From Candidatus Nanohalobium sp. (lineage in GTDB: Archaea; Nanohalarchaeota; Nanosalinia; Nanosalinales; Nanosalinaceae): 48,157 nucleotides of DNA. This document shows positions 37,700 to 47,495 of this stretch, one piece after another. The stretch's first letter is position 1. Every line of letters begins with the position of its first letter. The translations under genes and the position numbers were made by a program. The DNA is taken from contig JBDGSL010000054.1 in the NCBI GenBank assembly GCA_042217555.1, positions 1 through 48,157 of the forward strand, written 5' to 3'. The notes beneath the pieces were generated by a model. It made no database searches and was not told the DNA's origin. It saw nothing but the letters and a program-made list of their open reading frames with translations.

Positions 37700-39115
37700 T
37701 CACGGCAGGTGAACGCATTCGTCCATGGCGTCTTCACAGGCCTCTGATAGGGCCTCCGGGAACGTAGGATGTGCATGGATCGTATTGGCTATGTCGTCAA
37801 GGTACGCGTTCATCTCCAGTGCAAGGGTTGCCTCCGCTATCATGTCGGATGCACGGGCGCCAACTATCTGCACTCCGAGAAGTTTTCCTTCCGGATCGGC
37901 CACTACTTTAACGAAACCCGAGTCTTTGTTAGTGGAGAGTGCTCTGCCTGAAGCACTCATAGGAAACCTGCCGGTATTCAGTTTATCGTACTCTTCCCTG
38001 GCCTCTGTCTCGTTCAGCCCGACGGTAGCTACCTCGGGATCGGTGTACATCGCCTTGGGAATGTACTGGTTGTCGAAGGCGGCCGGTTCTCCGGCTGCAG
38101 CTTCTGCTGCTACTTTCGCCTCCCTGTAGGCTTTGTGCGCTAGCATGGGCTGTCCGGCAGCATCACCGATGCAGAAGATGTTCTCATCACCAGTCCTCAT
38201 CTGTTCGTCCGTCTTAACGAAACCGTCTCCGTCTATCTCAACGTCCGTGTTCTCAAGGCTCAGGTTATCAAGCACAGGCCCTGTCTCCCTTCCTGCTGCG
38301 ACAAGGATGTAGTCTCCTTCCAGCCTCAGTTTTTCCCCGTTCTGATCCGCTACAAGTACAGGCCTTCCATCTTCCGTGTACTCGACCTCCTCCGCTTTCG
38401 CAGAGGTGTAGATCTCGTCGTTGTATATGTCACTCGTCTCCTGTATGGAATCCACTACTTCCTCTTCAAACATGCCCAGCACACGGTCACGGGCTTCAAC
38501 AACCTTCACCTTCGAACCGAACTTGCAGAACTTCGTCACGGCCTCCATCCCTATGTAGCCTCCGCCGACCACAACTATCTCATCCGGGACCTCATCCACT
38601 TCAAGCACTTCACGTGAAGATATAACCCTGTCCTGGTCGAACCCAACTCCGGGAATCTCTAGAGGCTGTGAACCGGTGGCAATTACCGCGTTACTGAACT
38701 CGATGTTCTCTGCATTATGCTCCTCTTCAACCCTTACAGTACTTGAATCAAGGAAACGGGCCTCACCCTTCATGTACTCGACACCATGACTCTCCAGTAT
38801 ACTGAGTATGCCCTCATCCAGTTTTTCAACCGCAGAATCCTTCCAGTCCTGTACCTCTCCGAAATCAACTTCCAGGTCCTCTGCGTGAATCCCGATCTCA
38901 TCCCAGTGCTCGATATCCTTCCTGAACCCTGCAGCATGAATCAAGGCCTTGGCAGGGATACAGCCATGGTTCAGACAGACACCGCCGACTCTCTCCTTCT
39001 CAACCAGGACTACGTCAAGACCTTTCTGCGCACCTCTTACCGCCGCGCTGTAACCGCCGGGACCGGCCCCGATAACCACAAGATCCGCACCGGTCGTTAT
39101 ATCACCCACGACCAT
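37700..39115 (-). CDS. lpdA: Dihydrolipoamide dehydrogenase (E3)
   Basis: GAGPGG, GGVCLNHGCIP, HAHPTFPE. Confidence 0.96.
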   Translation of the reverse strand: MVVGDITTGADLVVIGAGPGGYSAAVRGAQKGLDVVLVEKERVGGVCLNHGCIPAKALIHAAGFRKDIEHWDEIGIHAEDLEVDFGEVQDWKDSAVEKLDEGILSILESHGVEYMKGEARFLDSSTVRVEEEHNAENIEFSNAVIATGSQPLEIPGVGFDQDRVISSREVLEVDEVPDEIVVVGGGYIGMEAVTKFCKFGSKVKVVEARDRVLGMFEEEVVDSIQETSDIYNDEIYTSAKAEEVEYTEDGRPVLVADQNGEKLRLEGDYILVAAGRETGPVLDNLSLENTDVEIDGDGFVKTDEQMRTGDENIFCIGDAAGQPMLAHKAYREAKVAAEAAAGEPAAFDNQYIPKAMYTDPEVATVGLNETEAREEYDKLNTGRFPMSASGRALSTNKDSGFVKVVADPEGKLLGVQIVGARASDMIAEATLALEMNAYLDDIANTIHAHPTFPEALSEACEDAMDECVHLP

Positions 39116-39116
39116 A

Positions 39117-40490
39117 CTAAATCTCCATCAACATCTCTTCCGGCTGCTCCAGATTTTCAATAACATCATTCATGAAACGGGCTGCTTCAGCCCCGTCTAT
39201 AACCCGGTGATCATAGCTTAAAGATAGCTTCACAGTGTTCCTCACCTCTACCTCGCCGTTAATAACTTCAGGAGTCTCCTGTATCTTGCCCAGTCCAAGT
39301 ATCGCGACCTGAGGATAGTTTATGATAGGAGTGAACCCTTCTCCTCCGATAGCTCCGATGTTCGTGATTGAGAACGTACCTGTCTCCATCTCCTCCCGGC
39401 TCAGGCTTCCGTCCTGCGCCTTCCCCACTATATCTGTAATACCGGAGGCGATCTCAACCAGGTTCTTCCTGTCCACATCTTCAATCTTCGGCACCAGAAG
39501 CCCTCTATCCGTGTCAACCGCAATATTGAAGTCGTAGTACTTTTTACGGACTATCTCATCGTTCTCCTCATCAAGCTCCGCGTTAATATTTGGATGGTCC
39601 TGCATTGCAACGTAACATGCCTTGATAACGAACGGAAGATACGTCAAATGTTCATCTATATCGTCCTTGACTTCTTCACGAAGCTCCACGAGTTTTGTGA
39701 TGTCTGCAGTGTCCATATGTGTGACGTGGGGTGCTGTGAACTTTGCCTTCTCCATCTTGCTTGCAGTGGCCTTTTTTACCCCGTTCATCTCTACGCGTTC
39801 CACTTCTCCGTTTTCCTCCACAGTATGTGTCTCTGAAGATGTCTCTTCTTCACCTGGTTCAGCAGCCTCCAGTACGTCGTTTCTCAGTACTTCTCCGCCG
39901 CGGCCTGAACCCTCTATCCGGGATATATCAACTTCTTTCTCCCTTGCCAGCCTTCTTACAGAAGGAGAAGCATTCAAACCTCTGCTTTTGTCTGAAGCTT
40001 TGGATGTAGTTTCTGAACTTGTTTCTGAGGTTTCTCTGCTCTCGATGTAGTCTTCGAGTTCCTCTTCCGTGACTCTTCCACCTGTCTTTATCTCTGCCAG
40101 GTCAATATTCTTTTCCTCTGCTTTCTTTCTGACCTTCGGCAATGCAAGCACGTCTCCAGAGGCCGAGATGCTTTTAGAGACGTCTGGAGAAGTTTTTTCA
40201 TCTTCTTCTGAACGATCTTCTTCTCTTGACCCTTCTTCTGATTGGTTTTCTTCCTTTTCATGTCTGTCAAGTATCATTATGACTTCTCCGACCTCTACCT
40301 TGTCCCCGGGCGACGCTTTCAGCTCCTCTACCTTTCCATCGGCGTGTGCCGGTATCTCAACCACTGCCTTGTCGGTCTCTGCCTCTCCTATGACCTGATC
40401 CTCCTCTATCTCATCGCCTTCCTCCACCTTCCAGTCGAGGAACTTACCCTCTGTGATTCCTTCACCGGTGTCAGGGAACTCTACTTCCAT
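39117..40490 (-). CDS. pdhC: Dihydrolipoamide acyltransferase (E2)
   Basis: Lipoyl ETDKA, two E3-binding-like segments, DHRVIDG. Confidence 0.93.
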   Translation of the reverse strand: MEVEFPDTGEGITEGKFLDWKVEEGDEIEEDQVIGEAETDKAVVEIPAHADGKVEELKASPGDKVEVGEVIMILDRHEKEENQSEEGSREEDRSEEDEKTSPDVSKSISASGDVLALPKVRKKAEEKNIDLAEIKTGGRVTEEELEDYIESRETSETSSETTSKASDKSRGLNASPSVRRLAREKEVDISRIEGSGRGGEVLRNDVLEAAEPGEEETSSETHTVEENGEVERVEMNGVKKATASKMEKAKFTAPHVTHMDTADITKLVELREEVKDDIDEHLTYLPFVIKACYVAMQDHPNINAELDEENDEIVRKKYYDFNIAVDTDRGLLVPKIEDVDRKNLVEIASGITDIVGKAQDGSLSREEMETGTFSITNIGAIGGEGFTPIINYPQVAILGLGKIQETPEVINGEVEVRNTVKLSLSYDHRVIDGAEAARFMNDVIENLEQPEEMLMEI

Positions 40491-40499
40491 TTTATCTCC

Positions 40500-41465
40500 T
40501 CAGAACTCCAGTACGCGTTCAAGGCCTTTTACAGCCCTCTTCTTGTTCGGCATGTAGTAATCTTCCAGTCTGTAGATAGGGTAAGGTACGTCAGGAGCTG
40601 CAACACGTTCCACAGGAGCCTCCATATGCAGTATAGCCTCCTCCTGTATCCTGGTCGCTATCTCAGCTCCCATACCTCCTGTCTTTGGAGCTTCATGCAG
40701 TATCATGGCTCTCCCGGTCTTCTCCACAGATTCGATTATCGTATTGTAGTCCATAGGGTGAATAGTCAAAGGATCTACAATCTCCACACTGGCATCAACC
40801 TCTTCCGCAGCCTCCTCGGCTACAGGCACCATGGCTCCCCACGCCACAAGGGTTACATCTTCTCCCTGACGTGCAATTCTTGCATCCTCCAGCTCTACCT
40901 CTTTATCACGGTCAACATCCTCCTTGAATGCTCTGTAAGTGCTTTTAGGCTCTAGAAAAATGACTGGGTCATCTCTCTGTATGGATTTACGGAGAAGAGA
41001 GTAAGTGTTCTGCGGTGTGCTAGGTATCACAACTGTAAGGCCCTGTGCATGTGAGAAAAATGTTTCAGGAGACTCCTGGTGATGTTCCAGCGCGTTGATA
41101 CCGCCACCGTACGGCGCCCTGACAGTCAACGGCACCTCGTACTCTCCACGGCTTCTGGTCCTGAAACGGGAGGCATGCTCCTTCAACTGGTGGAATGCAA
41201 GGTAGGAGAAACCGGAGAACTGCATCTCAACCACAGGCCTCATACCGTAGAGACCCATGCCGATAGCAGTACCGGCAATACCTGACTCCGCAAGAGGACT
41301 GGAAACAATCCGGTCACTTCCAAACTCCTCCTGCAAGCCTTCAGTAGCCCGGAAAACTCCTCCGTCCTCACCTACATCCTCACCGTAAACGAAGACATCC
41401 TCATCGCTTTCAAGTTCATCATGCAAAGCCTCCCTGACCGCTTCAACAATGTTCATTTTGCTCAT
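40500..41465 (-). CDS. pdhB: 2-oxoacid (pyruvate) dehydrogenase E1 beta
   Basis: GEDVG..GGVFRAT, PLAESG, EMQF, EHH. Confidence 0.93.
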   Translation of the reverse strand: MSKMNIVEAVREALHDELESDEDVFVYGEDVGEDGGVFRATEGLQEEFGSDRIVSSPLAESGIAGTAIGMGLYGMRPVVEMQFSGFSYLAFHQLKEHASRFRTRSRGEYEVPLTVRAPYGGGINALEHHQESPETFFSHAQGLTVVIPSTPQNTYSLLRKSIQRDDPVIFLEPKSTYRAFKEDVDRDKEVELEDARIARQGEDVTLVAWGAMVPVAEEAAEEVDASVEIVDPLTIHPMDYNTIIESVEKTGRAMILHEAPKTGGMGAEIATRIQEEAILHMEAPVERVAAPDVPYPIYRLEDYYMPNKKRAVKGLERVLEF

Positions 41466-42520
41466 TTTTCTTCCACCTCCTTCCTCAACCCTTCTTTCTC
41501 CTTCTTCAACATGTCGGGCATGTCATCGTACACATAATCAAACAACTCGTCAAACCCAGGATCATCCATGTTCATAGCCCTTTCCGCAGCTTCATCGACC
41601 TTTTCCCCAGCTTTCTCTCCATACCCTTCAAGCTCATCGTTCCAGATACCGTTATCCTTGAGATAATCCCTGAAACGGTTCAGAGGATCTCTCTCCTTCC
41701 ATTCCTCGACCTCATCACCGTCCCTGTAACGTGTAGAGTCATCCGAAGTCGTGTGATCCTCCAGCCGGTAAGTCACGGCCTCGACCAGTACAGGTTCTCC
41801 GTTACGCGCCTTCTCCAAGGCCTCACGAACAGCCTTTATAACTGCAAGTATATCGTTTCCATCGACCTGTAAACCCTCTATACCATATGCAAGAGCTTTC
41901 TGCGCAATAGTATCAGACATAGTCTGCCGCTCAACAGGCATCGAGATAGCATACTGGTTGTTCTGCACGAAGAAAACCGAGTGAGCATCAAAGACACCTG
42001 AAAAGTTCAATGCCTCATGGAAATCACCTTCAGACGTACTACCATCACCTGTAAAACCTAGAACTGCGTCCCCATCGTTTTTCTTCTCCATCGCCATACC
42101 TACACCCGCAACGTGAAGATTCTGAGTACCTACAGGGATCGCAACAGGCAAAGTATTCAACTCCTCAAGACCTCTGTGACCGTTCGCATCACCCATCCAC
42201 CGCTGGAAGATACCGTCCAGAGGCACATCTCTGGCGATAAAAGCCGCGCTCTCACGGAAACTTGGCACTATCCAGTCATCACTGCTCAACGCAAACACAG
42301 CCCCGATCTGAGCCGCCTCCTGACCCTTATGCGGAGCATAAGTCGATATCTCACCCCGTCTCTGAAGACTGAACGCCTTCTCATCAAACTTCCTCGCCAG
42401 AACCATCTTCCGGTACAGCTCCCGCAACTCATCATCACTGACATCAACACCGTCATCATCGTCCGCATCCATCACTTCAATCCTCTCAACAGAACCGGAG
42501 TAAACCTCTTTTCGAACCAT
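41462..42520 (-). CDS. pdhA: 2-oxoacid (pyruvate) dehydrogenase E1 alpha
   Basis: GQEA, TPP motif GDGSTSEG...NNQYAIS, YRLEDHTTSDD. Confidence 0.93.
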   Translation of the reverse strand: MVRKEVYSGSVERIEVMDADDDDGVDVSDDELRELYRKMVLARKFDEKAFSLQRRGEISTYAPHKGQEAAQIGAVFALSSDDWIVPSFRESAAFIARDVPLDGIFQRWMGDANGHRGLEELNTLPVAIPVGTQNLHVAGVGMAMEKKNDGDAVLGFTGDGSTSEGDFHEALNFSGVFDAHSVFFVQNNQYAISMPVERQTMSDTIAQKALAYGIEGLQVDGNDILAVIKAVREALEKARNGEPVLVEAVTYRLEDHTTSDDSTRYRDGDEVEEWKERDPLNRFRDYLKDNGIWNDELEGYGEKAGEKVDEAAERAMNMDDPGFDELFDYVYDDMPDMLKKEKEGLRKEVEEK

Positions 42521-43031
42521 CACACTTTCAACAAGGCCCTGCCTCGTATATAAAAAAACGTTTGTCACCAGGAAGTCAAACCCTTCTTCACTGGGTCACC
42601 GACTCAATAGAAGGCGTGGTAAGATTCGAACCCGTTACGAACTTACCTCTCAGCCTTCCCTGATACAGAAGACCCTTCAGTTCTCCCTGGTCATACGTTA
42701 TATTCATCTCAAAAGTATGGCAGTCACCGGAACTCTTGAAATCAGTAAAACTGAATTTTGGAGGAGGTAGAAGCCTGTTCTTATGGGAGATGGTTTTCTG
42801 GTTCAGGTAAGGTCGTCTCTTACTGTGTCTGCGAGTACTTCCTGGTTGCTGGCCTGGCAGTCTTCCGGTATGTATTCCACGCATCTGTCGTCTACAGTGG
42901 CTCTGTCTCCGTTGCAGTATGTTCGCACCAGGAGTTAGCTCTCATTGATCTCCAGACTGTTCTCTGTGACTTCTTCTCTATATTTCTTCATTAGTTAATC
43001 TATTTAATTCGGTGTTGGTAATCTGGTTTTT

Positions 43032-45071
43032 ATGTTGGATCAGCTTTTTTATCCTGGTTCTGTTGCGGTGGTTGGTGCTTCTAGGTATGAGGGTAAGACG
43101 GGTCATGAGGTTTTTGTGAACTTGCTTGATGGTTTTGAAGGTGATGTGGTCCCGGTTAATCCTAATGCTGAGGTGGTTGAGGGTGTTGAGGCGGTTGATG
43201 AGGTTCCTTCCGGTATGGATCTGGTGGTGGTTGCGGTTCCTGCTGGGGTTGTTCCTGAGGTTTTGAGGGATGCGGCCGGGAAGGGTGTGGATGCGGCTGT
43301 AGTTGTTTCTGCTGGTTTCTCTGAGTCGGGTAGGGGTGATCTGGAGGATGAAGTGGTTGAGGTGGCGGAGGAGAACGGTATCTCGCTTCTTGGGCCTAAC
43401 GTGCTTGGTTTGATCAATACTGAGAACTCGATGAATGCCAGTTTTGCGTCTGAGATGCCTGAGTTGGGGGATATAAGTTTTATGAGTCAGAGTGGGGCTT
43501 TCTGTACTGCTGTACTGGATTATGCTAAGGCGGAGCATATTGGTTTCCGGCATTTTGTCTCTCTGGGTAATAAGTCGGTGCTGGATGAGGTTGATTTCAT
43601 GAGAAAGTGGAGGAATGATGAGACAGGGGTTATACTGTCGTATACAGAGGGTATTGAGGATGGCAGGGAGTTTATGTGGGAGGCTGAGAAGACTTCGCGG
43701 GAGAAGCCTGTGGTCGTGGTGAAGTCCGGTAGGACGTCGGAGGGAGGTGAGGCTGCTTCCTCCCATACTGGTAGTATTGCGGGAAGTTATCAGGCTTACC
43801 AGGCTGCTTTCAGGAAGGCTGGAGTTGTGGAGGCGGAGTCAAGCCGTGACCTGCTTGACTTCGGAAGGGCTTTCTCGTACCAGTCTCTTCCACAGGGGGG
43901 GGAGGTAGCGGTGGTGACGAACGCTGGAGGGCCTGGAGTTATAACCACGGATGAGTTATCCGGTAGAGGCTTGGAACTGGCTGAGTTCTCCGCAGACACA
44001 GAGGAAGCTCTGAGAGGTGAGATGCCTGAGGAGTCGTCTCCGGCCAATCCTCTGGACGTTATAGGTGATGCAGGAAGTGAAAGGTACAGGAAAGCGCTGG
44101 AAACAGTGGTGGAGGATGAGAACGTTGATGCTGTTATCGTCCTGCTTACGCCTCAGGCTAATACAGAGGTAGTTGAGACGGCTGAAGCAGTTGTGGATAT
44201 AAGCGAAAATTCAGGGAAACCTGTCTTTGCATCTTTCATCGGGGAGAAACAGGTGGGAGAAGGAAAGAAGACTCTGGAGAGGGGAAACGTACCGGAGTTC
44301 GAGGACCCTGTGGATGCGGTTAAGACTTTGAAGGCTATGGTAGAGTACAGGAAGTTTCTTACACAGGAGAGAACTTACCGGGATGTAGAACACGACTGTG
44401 GGAAGGCCTCGGAGGCAGTTGAGAACTACTCCGGGTATATGGAGGCCCACAGTCTTCTGGATTCCTACGGCTTTACACTTCCTGAAACAGTCGAGGCAAG
44501 ATCAGTGAAGGAGGCAGGAGAGGCTGCTGAAACCGTGGGTTGCCCTGCCGCGATGAAGATAGACTCGCCGGATATATCTCACAAGACCGAACTGGACGCA
44601 GTGAAGACAGGACTTGAAAGCCGTGAAGAGGTTGAAAAAGAGTTCAACTCTATAATTGACAGTGTCTACATGGAGAGGCCGGACGCAGATATCAACGGTG
44701 TCGTGGTACAGGAACATATCGATGGACTGGAGGTAGCGGTCGGTATGAAACGTGATCCGCAGTTCGGCCCTATGATACTGGTCGGGCTTGGAGGTATATA
44801 CATTGAAGCGCTTCAAGATGTTTCTTTCGGTATAGCACCTATATCAGAGCAGGAGGCAGAGCACATGATAGAGGAACTCAGGAGCTCTGAGCTTTTTGAA
44901 GGTGTCAGAGGAGAGGAAAGCCATATGGAGCCGGTGAAAGATGCTATCATACGTCTAGGTGAACTTGCTCTTAACCATGAGGAAGTGGAAAGTCTGGACA
45001 TCAACCCGTTGATAGTGGATGAGGATGCAGCGTACGCGGCAGATATACAGGTGGAACTGGTTCAGGACTGA
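43032..45071 (+). CDS. acd: ADP-forming acetate-CoA ligase (fused alpha/beta)
   Basis: VAVVGAS, LLGPN, SQSGA, SHTGS phospho-His, TNAGG, SHKTE, DINPL. Confidence 0.93.
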   Translation: MLDQLFYPGSVAVVGASRYEGKTGHEVFVNLLDGFEGDVVPVNPNAEVVEGVEAVDEVPSGMDLVVVAVPAGVVPEVLRDAAGKGVDAAVVVSAGFSESGRGDLEDEVVEVAEENGISLLGPNVLGLINTENSMNASFASEMPELGDISFMSQSGAFCTAVLDYAKAEHIGFRHFVSLGNKSVLDEVDFMRKWRNDETGVILSYTEGIEDGREFMWEAEKTSREKPVVVVKSGRTSEGGEAASSHTGSIAGSYQAYQAAFRKAGVVEAESSRDLLDFGRAFSYQSLPQGGEVAVVTNAGGPGVITTDELSGRGLELAEFSADTEEALRGEMPEESSPANPLDVIGDAGSERYRKALETVVEDENVDAVIVLLTPQANTEVVETAEAVVDISENSGKPVFASFIGEKQVGEGKKTLERGNVPEFEDPVDAVKTLKAMVEYRKFLTQERTYRDVEHDCGKASEAVENYSGYMEAHSLLDSYGFTLPETVEARSVKEAGEAAETVGCPAAMKIDSPDISHKTELDAVKTGLESREEVEKEFNSIIDSVYMERPDADINGVVVQEHIDGLEVAVGMKRDPQFGPMILVGLGGIYIEALQDVSFGIAPISEQEAEHMIEELRSSELFEGVRGEESHMEPVKDAIIRLGELALNHEEVESLDINPLIVDEDAAYAADIQVELVQD

Positions 45072-45319
45072 TCGCTTATCGCAACGTAGTAGATGCCTTC
45101 GTCCTGGCTGTATCCGGCCTCTGCCTTTCCTGTCACACCTGTTTCCTGTGACAGCATCTCGGCTACTTCACGGTAACCTGGTTTCTCGGAACCTTCCTCG
45201 AATGCCACGTATAGAAGTACTTCGTCCCTGCTCTTGTCGACACTGGAACGGTAACGACCGTCGTAGTTTTCGTTCAGGAACTCATTGACAGAGGCTTCAA
45301 TAGGTTCTGATTTGCTCAT
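45062..45319 (-). CDS. Hypothetical protein
   Basis: 85-aa acidic ORF. Confidence 0.6.
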   Translation of the reverse strand: MSKSEPIEASVNEFLNENYDGRYRSSVDKSRDEVLLYVAFEEGSEKPGYREVAEMLSQETGVTGKAEAGYSQDEGIYYVAISDQS

Positions 45320-45397
45320 GTACTGTTTCTTTGAACCTGAATCTAATTAGAGGTTGGTTTGGAGAGGTTTTTAGTTATCCAGAAGCAATACCTGTAC

Positions 45398-46555
45398 ATG
45401 GTAGATACAGAAGAAGCACTGGAACTTCACGAACGAAACCCGGGAAAGATAGAGGTCAATCCCAGCGTCGAGATCGAAGACGCGCACGACCTTGAACTTG
45501 TCTATACTCCAGGAGTAGCAGAACCCTGTAAGCAGATAGAGGAAGATAGTGAAAAAGCTTACAGGTACACTTCAAAGGGAAACCTTGTCGCAGTAGTTTC
45601 GGATGGGAGTGCAGTTCTAGGCCTGGGAGACATAGGTGCAGAGGCCGCAATGCCGGTGATGGAAGGAAAGGCCAACCTGATGAAAAAGTTCGGCGATGTA
45701 GACGGCTTCCCTATATGTATAGATGCAGACAACGCGGACGAGATAGTGGAGCACGTTGAGAGGGAGGCTCCCACCTTCGGAGCAGTCAACCTGGAGGATA
45801 TCAAGGCTCCGAGATGCTTCAGGGTTGAGGAAGAACTGAAGGAAAAACTTGACATACCGGTTTTCCACGACGACCAGCACGGTACGGCGATAGTAGTCGG
45901 TGCTGCACTGAAGAACGCGCTGGAACTTGCAGGTAAAAACCTTGAAGATGCAAGGATAGCTATTTCCGGTGCAGGAGCATCGGGCATCGCAGTAGCCAAC
46001 TTCCTGATCGATGCAGGAGCAGAAAACATCGTCCCTGTCGACTCCACAGGTATACTCAGAGCAAACGATGAAAACAGTTACAAGGCAAAACTGGCGGAGA
46101 AGACGCAGGCCTCAGAAGAAACAGGAGATCTAGGCGACGCAATAAACGATGCAGACGTCTTCATAGGCCTTTCCGCACCTGGAATTGTATCAAAGGAGAT
46201 GATCGAATCAATGGCAGAGAAACCTATCGTATTCGCTCTTGCAAACCCTGAACCAGAGATCATGCCGAGTGAAGCAGAAGAAGCAGGGGCATTTATCACG
46301 GCCACAGGAAGAAGCGACTTCAAAAATCAGGTTAACAACTCGCTCGCGTTCCCGGGAGTATTTCGCGGAGCTCTCAATGTAAAGGCCTCAGAAATCAACG
46401 AAGAAATGAAGATAGCGGCTTCAGAAGCTATCAGAGAGTTTATAGAACCTGAAAGAGATGGTATAGTACCTACCACGCTTGACAGGGAACTGGCGATGGA
46501 GATAGCTGATGAGGTCGCAGAGGCAGCAAGAAGGTCGGGGGTTGCCAGGGAATAG
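45398..46555 (+). CDS. NAD(P)-dependent malic enzyme
   Basis: YTPGVA, DGSAVLGLG, VMEGK, NLEDI, FHDDQHGT, GAGASG, NQVNN. Confidence 0.94.
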   Translation: MVDTEEALELHERNPGKIEVNPSVEIEDAHDLELVYTPGVAEPCKQIEEDSEKAYRYTSKGNLVAVVSDGSAVLGLGDIGAEAAMPVMEGKANLMKKFGDVDGFPICIDADNADEIVEHVEREAPTFGAVNLEDIKAPRCFRVEEELKEKLDIPVFHDDQHGTAIVVGAALKNALELAGKNLEDARIAISGAGASGIAVANFLIDAGAENIVPVDSTGILRANDENSYKAKLAEKTQASEETGDLGDAINDADVFIGLSAPGIVSKEMIESMAEKPIVFALANPEPEIMPSEAEEAGAFITATGRSDFKNQVNNSLAFPGVFRGALNVKASEINEEMKIAASEAIREFIEPERDGIVPTTLDRELAMEIADEVAEAARRSGVARE

Positions 46556-46586
46556 TTTTTCACTTTTCCCATCCCTACCTACAGTC

Positions 46587-47468
46587 ATGGAAGACGAAGT
46601 AAAGCGGAGATACATCGAGGCAGGAGAAGCAGTTCAAAAAGCAAGGAAAAAAGCCAGAGAAGTTACAGAGCCGGGAAAAAACCTGAAGCAGATCGCAGAA
46701 GAAGTAGAAGCAATGATAAGAAACGAGGGACTTGAACCGGCTTTCCCCGTTAATCTTTCTCTTAACGATGCTGCAGCACATTACACTCCTTCAAGAGGCG
46801 AGGAGAGAAAAGTAGAAAGTTCTGACGTTGTCAAGATAGATATAGGTGCACATTCCGATGGCTATATCGCAGATACGGCCCTGACAGTCAACTCTGATGG
46901 AGATTACGGTGAGATGATCGAGGCCAACAGAGAGGTGCTTGAAAAAGCTCTCGAGTTCATAGAGCCTGGGGTGACGGTAGGGGAGCTAGGTACATACATA
47001 CAGAACCAGGTACCGGAAAAGTACTCTGTTGTAAGAAACCTTACCGGCCACTCACTCGGCAAGTACAGTCAGCATGCAGGTCTTTCCATACCTAATATCT
47101 CCAACGCCGACAACACGGTGCTTGAAGAAGGAGATGCAGTAGCTATAGAGCCTTTCCTTACCACGGGAGCAGGGAAGATAAAGGAAGGGAAGAAAGGAAA
47201 TATATACATACACAGAAACGGTAATCCGCGGGGGAAGACCGGTAGAAAACTTCTGAAAAGGATAAAAGAGTTCAAAGGCCTGCCGTTCACCTCCCGATGG
47301 CTTGACCTTGACGCACGCAGGAAGATGGCGCTCAAGAAACTTGTTCAGAGCGGCGCAGTCAAACATTACCCTGTCCTGAGAGAACTTGACGGCGGAACAG
47401 TCACCCAGGCCGAACACACAGTCCTCGTAGGAGTCGATGAAGGAGAAAACATAGTCACAACAAGATAA
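46587..47468 (+). CDS. map: Methionine aminopeptidase type II
   Basis: AFPVN, AAHYTP, DIGAH.DGYIAD, NLTGH, AIEPF, QAEHTV. Confidence 0.95.
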   Translation: MEDEVKRRYIEAGEAVQKARKKAREVTEPGKNLKQIAEEVEAMIRNEGLEPAFPVNLSLNDAAAHYTPSRGEERKVESSDVVKIDIGAHSDGYIADTALTVNSDGDYGEMIEANREVLEKALEFIEPGVTVGELGTYIQNQVPEKYSVVRNLTGHSLGKYSQHAGLSIPNISNADNTVLEEGDAVAIEPFLTTGAGKIKEGKKGNIYIHRNGNPRGKTGRKLLKRIKEFKGLPFTSRWLDLDARRKMALKKLVQSGAVKHYPVLRELDGGTVTQAEHTVLVGVDEGENIVTTR

Positions 47469-47495
47469 AATGAAATAAGCGGGAGGAAACCCTCT

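Noticed and set aside
42588..42990. Possible gene remnant between pdhA and acd
   Set aside because: The minus-strand frame has internal stops and no recognisable family; not supportable.
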